A DNA stretch of 63,806 nt, the filler included, from Intoshia linei (lineage: Eukaryota; Animalia; Orthonectida): the NCBI GenBank assembly GCA_001642005.1. It is 6 parts of 6 records of this genome, joined end to end, with 100 filler letters (N's around TTAATTAATTAA, not from the genome) between each part and the next. Parts side by side here need not be neighbours in the genome. Positions count along the whole stretch, not along the records: positions 22,246 to 32,156 come from LWCA01001324.1; positions 32,257 to 40,316 come from LWCA01001488.1; 4 more parts are not named here. One strand, written 5' to 3'. Under the pieces are notes generated by a model. That model was not told where the DNA came from and searched no databases. It saw only the letters and a list, made by a program, of their open reading frames with translations. Position 1 is the stretch's first letter. Every line of letters begins with the position of its first letter. The position numbers and the translations under genes were made by a program. This document shows, piece by piece, positions 26,004 through 39,273 of the stretch.

Positions 26004-29000
26004 ATGAATAAAGTTTGCTTTACATATAAAAATTTTCGAAATTACTGTATTAAAACAGACTATAAAAAATTATTAAATGGGGATAGATCAATTTTAGCTA
26101 AATATATAACATTGGCGGAGTCAACTATATCGAATGATAGAAATCAAGCAATATCAATTTTAAACCATTGTAAATCACACTATAGTAAAAAACTGAATCA
26201 TGTTATTCGAATAGGTTTATTTTTTTTAAGTTTAGTTTAAAAAATAATTTTAGGTATATCGGGTCCACCTGGAGCTGGAAAGAGTACATTTATTGAAGCC
26301 ATAATTGTATGATATTTATTAAAAAATTCTATGTGATATAAAATGTAGATATTATTAACATTTTTTAAATTTAACACCCCTGTTAGCCATATAAATTATT
26401 TTCAGCACCCTTAATAAATAAAAAAATAATACCTTAAAAGTCAAAGTAAAAATCGTATTTTATTGACATTTTTAAAATATACCCTATTATCAAACATAAT
26501 TAATAAATGGTAATCACCATATAAGCTATATTTGATCCGATTTAAATTCACTTAAAATTAAAATAATCAAATTATTTGGTCGATACAGTAAAATATAAAT
26601 GATATTTCAATTTGGATATATAAATAATTTCTTTTTTTTTTATAAAGATAACTTTTGGTCAAAATTAAAAAAATAAAAATAGTTTTTCTAGCAACCCTGG
26701 TTAATAAACTTTTATCTAGATCATTGGATTTTAATCTGTAAATTTTAGTTAGTTCTAAATAAAAAAAAAATTGCTAGTAGATGGATACAAAATAATTGGG
26801 TTCGATGAATCAATACTTTCCGTTTCCTTATTTTAAAATAATTGTTATATGTGAGTATTCATTTTTATAATTCAAATTTGGATGGTGTAGCTGTATCCGT
26901 TGAGGGCCACTATCATAATTCAAAGAGATTTGATTAGTAATGTAAAAAATAATAAAAAATTTTTAGTAGCATCTGTTCGTATCTGAAATTACTTATACGA
27001 ATAATTGTATATGTTGCATATATTGTGTAACATTTTCATATGTATTTTAGTTTAATTTTGAGTTTTAGAAATTTTTTTTGAACCAAACTATAAAATGGTT
27101 TTTAGGAATTTTTTTTTGAACCAAATTTTCAACATACGTCTTTTTTGAACAGAATTTTAAGGGGAGTTTTTAGGAAATTTTTTTGAACCAAACTTAAAGA
27201 CAACCATAAAATTTACTTTAAAAAAAATTCCTAAAAACCTTCCTTAAAGTTTGGTTTAAAAAAAATTTCTAAGAGACGCCCCTTAAAATTTGGTTCAAAA
27301 AAATTTCTAAAACCCAAAATGAAAATTTTACACATTCTACGACTTGCACATAGAATGTGTACATTTCACAGTTTTATACATTCTATACATATACAATACA
27401 TGATATTATACAATTATATGATAAATTCATTAATTTTTATTTTTTCGGGAATCATCCTAAATTTGCATTTATATTTTCTTATTTTTTATAAATTACATTA
27501 GAATTATATCTTAAAAGCTAAAAATGAAAAATGTGCCGTATTAACGGTTGATCCGTCATCACATGTGACCGGAGGTATTTTTATATTGTGTTATTAAGAT
27601 ATTAAGATTAATGTGAATTAAAGGCAGTTTTATTGTTATGTTTGCAATAAAACTAGCTTGGCTGTTTTGTACTATGTACAAACAGCACCTAGCTCTGTCG
27701 AGGGCGGATTTCTACCAAAAAAATAAATCCAATAATAAAATATTAATTAAAAATGCCACTCATTATTTAAAGTTAGTTTAAATTATCATTTAAAGAAGTC
27801 ATTTCTAAACTTGAATTTCATATTATTTTTTAATTTAAAATGATTAATTCCCACTTAATTTTATTCGGTTAGCATTTTTGTATAGAATTTTAAAAACAAT
27901 TTTGTTATCTCATTTATTCAATTTATTAGAGACATTGAGTGTATAATCTTAAAATAAAATCTTAAAAACTGTCAAAATGGCTTAAATTCCATAAAAAATA
28001 AAATTGTAAATTAACCTGTATATTAAATATCTTCGTTTGATAAGTAAAAAATATTAATTTTGTCTAAATAATTAACGGAAGCAGAAGTTTAAAAACATAT
28101 TTCGGATGAATTTTTGATTTATTGATCAACATTTGAAAGCATTGTAAATTTTACTAATTAAAATATACAATTTATAATAGATACAAAAATGATAATAACA
28201 AAGTTGTAGTTTTAAAATAAATTTGAAAATGTGAATAAAAAATTGTGTAGAAATCAAAAAAAATCCGAAGGAATGAATTATATAGATTTTTTGAAATTGT
28301 AGGATCAAGATTTACATTTTTAATTTTTATTTTAATCGAAATATTTGAAAAATTTTTGTATATAATATATTAAAAATTATTTTTCACCGGGAATGCGTAA
28401 ATTTCTGGAGTTGAAATTTTGTATTTATATCAACTGGAATATGCTCTATTAGAATAATTTTTTTTTAAATTTTCGGACCGTTAATTATTTCATATTTTTT
28501 ATTTTAATAAAATATTTCGAAAAAAAATATATGAATACTAAAATGCTTTTTTGACCGTGAAGTCGTCACTTATCTGATTGAAATTTTTTGTGTGTGTTAA
28601 CAGGATACAACTGTACATCCTGTAAATTTTTTGAAATTCTAGGGCTGTTTTGATTAAAAAAAAAGAGGTAATTCGGGGTTTTGGCCATGAAGATATATTT
28701 TTTTTAAATTTAAATTTATGGTTATATTTATGATTTTAAAATCCGTATCGGAGTATATATTTTTTTAAATTCTCCAACATGTTAGATTTTTAAAAAATAA
28801 GACGATTGGGTTTTTTGACCCGTAAGATGTGAGTTTGGGAGGTTGAAATTTATTTTGCTAAAACCGCCGGGAAAAAACTAATAGAAATGTGGACTTTATA
28901 ATATTCTAAAACTGGTAGTTATTGAAATAAACTATAACACACAGACAAACAAAGCATTTTATATAAGTTAGGATGTAATTTATGTCTTTTTGAGAGTTTT

Positions 29001-30769
29001 TCCATTTTATGAAATTACCAGCAGTCTTTTTACTTTTGGTGTTACTTATTATATACTACTTATATATTACTTACTATGTACTTTCAAAATAACGAGGTTT
29101 GTCTCAATTACTCCGGTCTGTATTTACATTTAATAATGACATAATTGACTCTAAAAATATAAGGAGTTTGAATTTATTTTCTAAAAATTATTTAAGTTAT
29201 ATAGGATCTCTCTTGGCAGATAAAACACGAATGACATTTCATAAACACGATGATGTTTATATACGGCAATCTCCAAATCATGGAGCTCTAGGTATGTTGA
29301 TGTATATGTTACGGGCCAAATCTATCAGGATTAATTAATTTATATTGTATAATATATGGCATTATTTTTAGGCGGTATTATACCATCTTCTGCTATATCT
29401 TTGGATCTATGTGCTATGGCCGGTTATAAACATATTTTATTGGAAACTGTAGGTATACAATTTAAAAAATAGGAAAAAAATTTATTTTATTTTAAACAAA
29501 ATTTCGCGGACCTAACGTATAGGTATTGTCCAATTTAAAAACGTTTATACATGTATTGTTAAAAAATGTCAATTTGTTTCATTTGATCCACCTTTGATGG
29601 GATAATTTTTGTGTTTTATAGAAATATTTTGGTTAGTCGGATTAATCGTCTCCATATCTATCAAATGCTATTAACTTTTAAATGTAATGTTAAATTACTA
29701 CAGCGGCTGCAAATGCTGGTACGCGCACTGCTACCGATCCGTACAAACAATTTTAAACTAAAAATGCAAAAAAGTAATGTAGTGAATCAATACTTGTGAT
29801 TATATTTTTGGAAGGTTTCTTAGTATTTAGATTTATTTTTATTAATAACTGGTCCTCTAAAAATTTAATGTAAATTACCGTTCCTTGTTAATTAAAGTTT
29901 TGAATCCCTTAATTACGTTATTATTAAAAATTTATTAAGGTCTTGGACAATCCGAAATAAATATAGCCGATTTTGTGGACATTGTTTGTTTAATACTACC
30001 TCCTGCGTCCGGTGATGACTTACAAGGTAAGAACATAAAAATGTTTATTTCATTGATTTAGCGATAAAAAAAGGAATCATGGAAATTAGCGACTTAGTAA
30101 TTATCACTAAGGCTGATGGATCATTGGAAACTACTGCGCAAAGGTCCAAAAATGTGTATAAAAGTGCCATAAGAATTTGTCAGCAAAAATATGATTTTCA
30201 CCATTGCAAAGTAATAAACTTTATAAAAAACCGTAGAATCCACAGTAAAGTATTCTATACAGTCAATTCTGTTATATATGAATGGCGATAATAATATAAT
30301 TAAGTTTTAAAATGTCCAATCAATGTTTGTTCAAACAAAATTGTCGTGTTCATATTGAGCTGAGTTCATATAAAACAGAATTGACTGTATCTATTTTTTC
30401 CAAATATTTCAAAGTTCAACATTGAAAAATTAGAGAGAATATTGTATATTAGATGTGGGAGTAATAAATGTCTGGTAACTATATCACAAAGTTTAGGTTA
30501 TGACTGCATCATCAATCAAACCCACAAAAAATATTGATTTGGTTTATATGGAAATTGTAAATTTCATAAATTTATCAAAAAAGCATTCATTCTTTGATAA
30601 AATTAGAAAAAAACAAAAAATATCCCAATTCAACTACATTACAAAAACTTTGATTCACAGCATTATCAAAGACACCGAAATGTACAAATTCCAACTTGAT
30701 CAAGTAAAAAACGACAAAAATCCAATTTGTGCAGCTCATGATTTTCTCAATAGTGTTAAAAATTTGTAA
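26004..30769 (+). CDS. MMAA: Methylmalonic aciduria type A protein (MeaB/MMAA GTPase, mitochondrial), about 8 exons
   Basis: [15 protein letters not shown]; [16 protein letters not shown] (P-loop); [23 protein letters not shown]; YIRQSP; LLETVGLGQSE; [29 protein letters not shown]. Confidence 0.96.
27056..27319. repeat. Foldback-like inverted array of short tandem units in an MMAA intron
   Basis: Left arm repeats (G)TTTTAG(G)AA(A)TTTTTTTGAACCAAA; right arm carries reverse complements TTTGGTTCAAAAAAATTTCTAA. Confidence 0.75.
27653..28973 (-). mobile_element. Full-length non-autonomous Helitron (~1.32 kb) in an MMAA intron
   Basis: Minus strand starts A|TCCTAACTTATATAAAA..CTTTGTTTGTCTGTGT and ends with hairpin GCTGTTTGTAC-ATA-GTACAAAACAGC then CAAGCTAG|T: 5'-TC, 3'-CTAG, subterminal hairpin, A-T insertion site, no TSD. 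Confidence 0.88.
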
Positions 30770-30892
30770 ATTAACGTTTTAACAATTAAATTTATTGACA
30801 AATTGAATTTAAATTTTTGTCTAGTTACCTTATACATTTTTGTAATTAAATTTAAGTTGATATTTTATTTATTGAAGAGGTTGATAATAAAA

Positions 30893-31950
30893 ATGGTTAG
30901 TTTAAGCATTAATTTATATTTAAAGTTAGTATTTGGTCAATTTTAATGATAATACTAGAATGTACCTATAATATTACTGAGAGAAGGAACAGATACAAAT
31001 GAAGGCATTGGACACATTACAAATAATATTAAAGCATGCAATTCTGTAGCTAATGCTGTTCGTACTACGCTTGGCCCTTGCGGTATGGATAAAATGATTG
31101 TTGATACAAATGGTTTTTTATTATTTAACTTTTTTGCGATGTATTTTATTACGTTTCAATTAATGTCATTTCAAGGTAAAACTATCGTATCAAATGATGG
31201 TGCCACTATAATGAAAACTCTTAATGTTGTTCACCCTGCAGCCAAGTGTTTGGTTGATATCGCTAAATCTCAAGATATTATGGTAATTTTAATGGTTTTA
31301 TGATATTTGGAATTTTTAGGTGGGAGATGGTACTACATCAGTGGTGTTGTTGGCATCCGAGTTTTTACATGTTGCCGAAGAATTTGTAGATCATAAAGTT
31401 CACCCTACGATTATTGTCAGGGCATTTAATAAAGCAAAAAATATTGTAATTTTTAATCAAAAATAGACTTGGCGTGACCCCATGAGGTTTTAATTAAAAT
31501 TTGACATATAATTCAACATCTAAAGTAATATGCCAGGTATTATAAACTTTTTAATTTTGGGTCAAATAGTTAAAACTTACTTTTTGAGGTTACAATGGAT
31601 TTTAATATACAACTTAAAAACCTTTGATTAATTTTAAATTTCATACGAGACATTTCAATTTTATTTGTTTAGGCAATGGAAAAATTACATAAACTTTCCA
31701 TTAATATTTCACGTGATGCAACACCGTAATTATAGTTTATTTTAATATTTTAAAATTTTTTTATAGAGAAAAAAAACGAGATACTTTGAGAAAATGTGCT
31801 TCGACTGCTTTGTCATCAAAATTACTTAGCAATCAAAGAGTCTTTTTTGCAGAGATGGCTGTCAGTGCTGTCGAATGTTTGGAAAATTTTGATTCAACTC
31901 ACGTTGAAAGGCATATCTCCATGAAAAAAGTTACTGGAGGAGCTTTAGAA
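30893..31950 (+). CDS. CCT7: T-complex protein 1 subunit eta, 5' half; truncated by contig end
   Basis: ATG-only first coding exon, then [12 protein letters not shown]...[76 protein letters not shown]; [13 protein letters not shown]; KKVTGGALE. Confidence 0.94.
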
Positions 31951-32002
31951 GTGATTTTTATTGCTATTTTAATTTATTATAATATATAACTTTGTCCATA
32001 AT

Positions 32003-32156
32003 GATTTTATATGTATGAATACCTGATGGTAGATTTTATATGATTTTTAACGACAAGCATATGTCTGAATACCTAATGCTATATTTTATATGATTTTTAA
32101 CGTATTTCATGATTATAAACGACAAGCATATGTCTGAATACCTGATGCTATATTTT
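32003..32156. repeat. Minisatellite of ~50-bp units (about 3 copies) running into the contig end
   Basis: Repeated ATGTCTGAATACCTGATGCTATATTTTATATGATTTTTAACGACAAGCAT-like unit. Confidence 0.8.
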
Positions 32157-32256
32157 NNNNNNNNNNNNNNNNNNNNNNNNNNNNNNNNNNNNNNNNNNNN
32201 TTAATTAATTAANNNNNNNNNNNNNNNNNNNNNNNNNNNNNNNNNNNNNNNNNNNN
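32157..32256. other. Artificial contig spacer
   Basis: 44 N + TTAATTAATTAA + 44 N. Confidence 0.97.
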
Positions 32257-33033
32257 ATAATTTGACAAAAAAACGAAATGTTACTACCATGCGTCGTTAT
32301 CTTCATGCGATACGACATTTATTACTGTCACTGTTTATTATCAGTGGGATCCCAAACTTGTTATAAAAATATCCCCTTACAACCAAAAAATTTATTAAAA
32401 AATCATTTTTCTAATTAATACACAATAGAATTAATAATTAAAATGTTATAATGAAACAATCAATGAACATTGACAAGGAATTACATGTATATTTTAAATT
32501 TGGTATCGCATCAAATTTGCTATACTGAAATATATTAAAAAAAATTCTATTTGTGTTTATAATTTTTTTAAATCGCCCACTTTGGGAAACCCAAAGTAAC
32601 AATAAAAAAAGCAGTAGTTTTTTTTCTATAATAATTAAATTGTCTATATTATAGACCATTATTAAAGTAAACTTGAATTTGTTTATAAGGATTTATTGAA
32701 GTGAGTAATTAAAATCTTAAATGTTAAAGTCAAGTGTACTTATATTCGAATTTTTCTAATATTTTCATAATGTTTACAGATAATTATATATGAAAAACAA
32801 ATTTGTGGTTTTAAACAAATTTAACTATCTCAAAGAAATTTATATAAATCCTGAGTATACTATAAATATTTGGGGTTCATAAACAGTTTTTTGCAGAATT
32901 AATGGTATTTATAAATTACAAATTCTTGTTCATAATAAAAATATTTCAAAAATTAATAATAATAATAATAATAATTTTTATAGTGATTGATTGAACGTTT
33001 GATTAATTTCCATTTAGAATCAATCTTTATATA

Positions 33034-33850
33034 CATGTATCCCTCGATTAACGCGAAATTCGGTTAACGCGGTGTTTTGTTTTGTGTCACTTCCCGAATA
33101 AACGCGGTGAAAAATGAATTTAACGCGAATTTTAAAATATTTATAAAAATAATGCTTTTAAAAAAAATTTGTGTTAATTAACATGTAATTCATAATGTAA
33201 ATTTAAATATAAATGATGAATCATTATATTATCAATCGTATTAAAATTATTTTTGTTTTTTAATTATTTCAGAAATCAATCCAATATATTTTTTAAATGC
33301 AAATTAATTGTATGTTTTTCTTACATTTATAAACATTTCATTTTATTAATTTCTTGATCTGGAATTTTCAATAATAACAACTATTTCCTTCATTTTCTAA
33401 TGATTTTCCTCAATTCACCCAGTGTCAGACACATTTAACTAAATTGTTAAAATTGAAAAACGTGTGGGTTTAAATGACATTAATATCTACAATGTTAAGG
33501 AATTAATCAATTCATATTCGAACAAATTTAATCATGAGGATCTTATCGAATTATCAGAAAATAAATTTAAAAATAAAGATTTGTATGAATTATTTTTACA
33601 ATTTGAGCTATTAATTAATTTGAGGAAAACATTGTCTAAATGGATTCGAATATATCAAGAAGCACAATTGTATGTAACAATTTGTAAAAATAAATGATAT
33701 GCGTTAAAAATATATATGAAGATTTGGATATGATAACAATAAGAAACAAAAGTATAAAATATACTTAAAACATCTAACTTTCCTCGACTAACGCGATTTC
33801 CGCGCGTTTGAAATTCTGGTTTTATAAAGCGCGTTAATCGAGGGACCCTG
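33034..33850. mobile_element. Non-autonomous pogo/Tigger-like element
   Basis: TIRs CATGTATCCCTCGATTAACGCG / CGCGTTAATCGAGGGACCCTG, TA flanks, repeated subterminal TAACGCG; internal degenerate ELINSYSNKFNHEDLIEL resembles a Tigger C-terminus. Confidence 0.82.
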
Positions 33851-36052
33851 TATTTAATTTTTAAAATGACAGAAATTTCGTGGTATGAAAATTCATAACA
33901 ATTTAAAATTAACTGAAATGGCAATAAATAGTTGCTAAATTATCTGTGACCAAGAGGATTGGTAGTTTACTAATCACATTTAAGCAAATACAATTACATT
34001 TAAACGTATTATCGCCTACATTTTGACAAAAACGAAAATTTGAAGGTATATGTTTTGTTTTAATAATATTTATTTTTATTTTAATCACCTCGTGCATAAA
34101 CAGATCACTTTCGTTTTATTGATTTTTTGTTGTTTCAGTAATCAGTTTTTAAAATGATAATTTTCAAATATTTCAATACAGAAAATTCAATTGATGATAA
34201 ATTCACTAGAATTGAAATAATTAACACAATAATGACACAAATAACACCATTATGCAAATATTAAAAATATGCAAAATTGTTATCGTCGCAACGAATTTTA
34301 GTAAAAATTAAAAAATGTGGTAAATTATAGTTATTATTGTTAATTCCATTGTAGCTGAAATAATTTTATTGATATTATTTAATATATATTGGAAACTTTC
34401 GTTGGTGTTTAATATAAAAAAATCTAATTCCCTCGGCTCAATCTATTCATATATCAAATATTCTTACTTTTTACGTTTAATTATTTAATATTTACTCTTA
34501 TCTTTACGTGTTTAGCAATTTCAACATTCTATTTGTTTTACTTTTATCAATTCAGATTTTATTTAATATCTCAAATTGCTTTAATTAATGTTTAACAATT
34601 CATGAGATTTTCTAGCTATATTAATTTTACAATGTTATTTAAAACTGAACAGGATTAAAATAATGAACGGATGTATGTAAGTCTAATTTAATCTCAAATA
34701 CTATAAAGTATAAACAAATCCGGGACATCATAATAGATTTAATATTTTCAATCAACATGAAAGAATTTTATATTACAGTGAAACCTTATTATAAACAAAC
34801 GATTTTGAAAATTTAAAGACTAATTTGTTTTTTGGAGTATCAAAAAAGTGTGATAAGTGTCATAAAAATTTCACTGTAAATTTACTAAGTAGAATGCAAG
34901 TAATTTCAGTACAATAAAATAATTTTTGTATTAATTTGAGAATTTATTTGAAATACTCAAACTTTGAGTCTCAAAGAGCAAACTGAGCTCAAAAAGAATA
35001 AGCTTGCTTCTAATCAAAGTCATAGAATGATTGTTTTGTTACACTTAATTATGGAATTTTCATTTGACATCAATATTTGCTTATTTTGAAAATAAATTAA
35101 TTTTTTTTGGTGTTGCTCAATGAGTATATTTTTGTAAATGAGTCTAGTTGAGCAGCTTAGTTAATTTTGATAAACTTCATGTATTTTCATAAATTCAATT
35201 TTATAGAAATGAAATTACTTTGTGTATTTATATTTCAAGTCCCATAAATATTTATGGTTAGTAAAACTATTTTTGATCAATATTTATAAAATAATTCTAT
35301 TAAAATTTTATTTTATTTCCAGTTTATTTAAACTTTAAATGTGTCTACAATAATATTTGATAGATTCGTTCATAATTACTGTGAATTTTGTAATTATCGT
35401 TTGTATATTAATTTTCAAACTCTATTTTGTTTCGATATTTGAGTTTTCTATCGGCTACTGAATTATAATTATTATATTACTTGAAAATTCCTGTCTAAAG
35501 TTTAGACTAAACTTGAGTGAATTGTTAAGTTGTTGATATGTAAATTTGCACATGTCTACAAATGAATAAAATTAATGATGCAACAGAAAATTTTATAATA
35601 AAGTGCAGCTACTAAAAGTGCGTCAAAATTAATTGCTTTGACTATTTGGTCAATTTAGTACATGTAGCTGGTAAAATAGGCGTGGCTATTTATAATATTT
35701 TTATTATATGACTCGTGTAAATTTAACAAACTTCATTTTTCATTTTAGGATTGTAATTGTGTTTGATTTTATAAATTTCAAAATTCAAAATAAATAAGGT
35801 AATTTTCAATTATTTTTTTATTTTAAATGTTTTTAATTTTGTTGTTTTGATTAGTATTTAATTGTTACACGTTTTAATTTTACTTCAATTTTTAAATGGT
35901 CATATCTTTAATAAATTATAATTCAAACTGTTTATACAGAAAATTGTTAATTTTAATTTTATTTATTTTACACTTGGGCTCATTTAATTTTGATAAATTA
36001 AACAATATTTACTTGTATTTTCATAAAATTTTAAATTAATTATGTTATTTAG

Positions 36053-38957
36053 ATGGATCGTAACGAATATAGGCCAAGAAACGGTGGTCAAAGAGGATAC
36101 AGCAGAGGTGGGTATAGTAGAGGTGGAAACGAACAAGGTGGTTATGCAAGTCGAGGTAGCGGAGGTTACACCAGTAGAGGTTCTCGAGGTTACAGCAGAG
36201 GAGGTGAAGGTGGCTACAGTCGAGGTGGCGGCGGGTACAGTCGAGGAGGCTTTCGTGGAGGTCGTGGAAATGGTGGCCGAGGAGGTCGCGGAGGCAGAGG
36301 TGGTCGTGGAGGAAGAGGAGGCAGAGGTGGAAGGGGTAGTCGTGGAGGTAGAGGAGGACGAGGAGGTCGTAGGAAAAAGCCAGAACGAGAAGAGTTCCCT
36401 GTGAACTACATTAAGATGCCAAACCCTGAAAACACTGTTCCTGAATCTATGAAAAATGATGTATCTGGTAATATTTTGATACCTATTAGTTATTTATTTC
36501 TTTTATAATTTAATTTTTAGGTCAAAATGGATATTTAATTAACCTATGTACAAACTCGATAAAAATTATTTCCCATTTGAAAGGTATAATTTATCAATAT
36601 AAATTAGAATATTCGGCCGATATTGGCGAGGTTAAATTTCATCCTGATATTATTAATGCACTCAATAATATGTTTGGTGGTCCCATGTACACATACGATG
36701 GAGCTGAGGTATACAGTCCAATGGGAACTGAAAAGTTACGTTCTCACGTCGAATACATAAATTTGGAAATGAATAGAAAGTTGACGAAAATTACATTAAC
36801 GTTGAAACAAACCAGTGTGATGGCTGACGAAAATGAACGTCTTTTACAAGTTCTCAATATTCTGGTTAGGAAAACCATTTTAATGAGAGATGCTAAATTT
36901 ACTGAAATGGGAAGATCATATTTTAATTCAGAAAGTGTCATTTCTATGAAGGAACATAATTTGGAATTATGGAGGGGTTTAATTGCTACATTTACAAAAT
37001 ATAAATCCGGTTTATACATGATTTGTGATACAAACCACAAAATTTTGCGAACTGAAACGGTTTTAGATATATGGAAGTCATTTAGAGGAGACAAACCCGG
37101 TTTCGAAGCATTTATGAAAGGCGTCACTGTTGTTACACTTCACAACAAAAAGACTGCAGTTGTAAAGGAAATTAATTTTGAAGATAACCCCTTAACTAGA
37201 GTCAGTAGAGATGACGCCAGAACGTATGCAGACTACTATAAAGAAGTGTTTGGATTAAAAGTTTATGATAAGCGACAACCATTACTTATTGTCAAATTTT
37301 CAAAAGCTGATAGGAATTCGGGAGTTACACACAAACTTAGTTTATTACCCGAATTTTCAACTATGACTGGATTTAAACGTCAGATGCGTTCCGATGTTAA
37401 ATTAATGAAAACACTGGATGACCATATGAAGTTGAAACCCCAAGAAAGAGTGTCTGAATTTAAAAAAACGTTGAGTTTGGTTTTGGACAATGATGATGTA
37501 AAAAAGACGTTACATATGTGGAATCTTGTTATAAGTAAAGATTTGGAAAGGCTCACTGGTAGAGTTATAAATAGCCCTAGTCTGCTAACTATGGATGGAC
37601 ACGTTGTAAAACCGGATGAATTAGGGGAATGGTCAGATCAATTAAGAATTAAAAAATTGTATAGACCAGCCACATCGTTGAAATCTGAAGAATGGATGTT
37701 AGTTTATGAAAAATCGGCATCTGCATTAATTCAAAATCTCAAAAAGAATATCACCGAAGTAAGTCCACCAATGGGTATAAGCTTTTCAAAACCTATAAGG
37801 AGAGACGTGGAAATATCACCAAATGCTATTAAGTTAATTGAGGCCGCAACAATGAATATACCAAAGAGTGTACAATTAGTCATAATAGTTTTACCAGATA
37901 ACACCAAAGATGTTTACGATATTATTAAAAAAACCCTTGAAATACAATTGGGAATTCCATCTCAATGTATATTGGAATCAACGTTGGTTGATGATGAATC
38001 ATTAAAATCTCGAATTACTAATATCGTAATACAAATGGAATGTAAACGAGGAGGTGCTCCTTGGGCTTTGTCAATAGACCCATTAATAAAAGATACAATG
38101 ACCGTCGGAATGGATGTTTATCATGACGGTGAGAATAAATCAAAATCTGCTGTTGGATTTGTTGCAACATTGAATGACGATGCATCAAGGTATTACACTG
38201 ACATTGCTTTCCAACAAACCCATGAAGAATTGATTAGTTCAACTGGCATTGCAATAAAAAATTCTCTGACTGCCTATCAAGATTTGAATAATAAACTTCC
38301 GGAAACTATTATTGTCTATAGAGACGGAGTTGGCGATGGTCAGTTATACTATATTTTTGAACAGGAAACTAAAAATATTTTAAACATTGCTATGAAATAT
38401 TTTGATAATTATGATCCAAAAATGTTGTTTGTCGTATGTAAAAAAAGAATTCAACAAAGATTCTTTGACGCTCAAAAATCAGTAGGTGATGACTATTCAT
38501 CATTGATTAATCCTCCATCCGGAACGGTTATCGATAGTGAATCTGTAACAAAACCTGGATCTGGCGATTTCTACTTGGTAAGTCAAAATACAACCGAAGG
38601 AACCGTTACTCCCACTCATTATAATGTTATTTATAATACAACGCGTTTATCAATGGATGAAATACAAAGACTAACTTACAATTACACGCACATGTACTAC
38701 AATTGGGCTGTAATTATTTAATTTTCTAAGAAATTAATGCGTCATTTCAAGATTAAGTTTAAATTTAATAGAGAATATAACTACAAATAAGTGCTAAATG
38801 ACGTTTTAAATGATAGTTATTTTCTAATTATATTGTATAGGGTACTATTCGAGTTCCTTGTGTAGTACAATATGCACACAAAGCGGCATACTTGGCAGGA
38901 CAATCCTTGCATACGCAAGTCAATGACTGTTTAAATCAAAAATTACATTTCCTTTAA
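36053..38957 (+). CDS. piwi: PIWI-clade Argonaute, ~906 aa, 3 coding exons (36053-36467, 36521-38709, 38841-38957)
   Basis: RG/RGG-rich N-terminus; GxxGxxIxLxTN; L1 (LELWRG..ICDTNHKILRTETVLD); PAZ (TYADYYKEVFGLKVYDKRQPLL; LLPEFSTMTG); MID (YDIIKK, PSQCI, QMECKRGGAPW); PIWI (GMDVYHD, EELI, YRDGVGDGQ, DFYLVSQ, GTVTPTHY, HMYYNWAGTIRVP..QYAHK, LHFL*). Confidence 0.98.
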
Positions 38958-39273
38958 TGGAATTATACATATTTAATATGCATTTATTTTATTTGTAATA
39001 AATTTATCTAATAATTTGTCTCATTAATATAACTCATTTTGAACTATCTATTAAGCCATGTATAAATGTTCAATTTTTTTAAAAAATAATATAGGCATCT
39101 ACAGTTTTCATCTGGCCCGGACCTACTGCTGGCTCTCCACGGCCCTGTGTGGACTAGATGTATTTTTAAATGCAAACTAAGATGTAAAAGGCCATCTTTG
39201 AAGAAAGTAACGACGTTGCGGTGACCATTTAAGTAATTAAATAAAATATTTACAAATTTAAGTTTTTCTTATA

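Noticed and set aside
32003-32156. Repeats here and at 27056-27319 as CRISPR-like arrays
   Set aside because: No unique spacers of regular length, no cas genes, eukaryotic context.
36042-36404. 120-aa Val/Glu-rich ORF overlapping PIWI exon 1
   Set aside because: Alternative-frame shadow of the RGG repeat codons.
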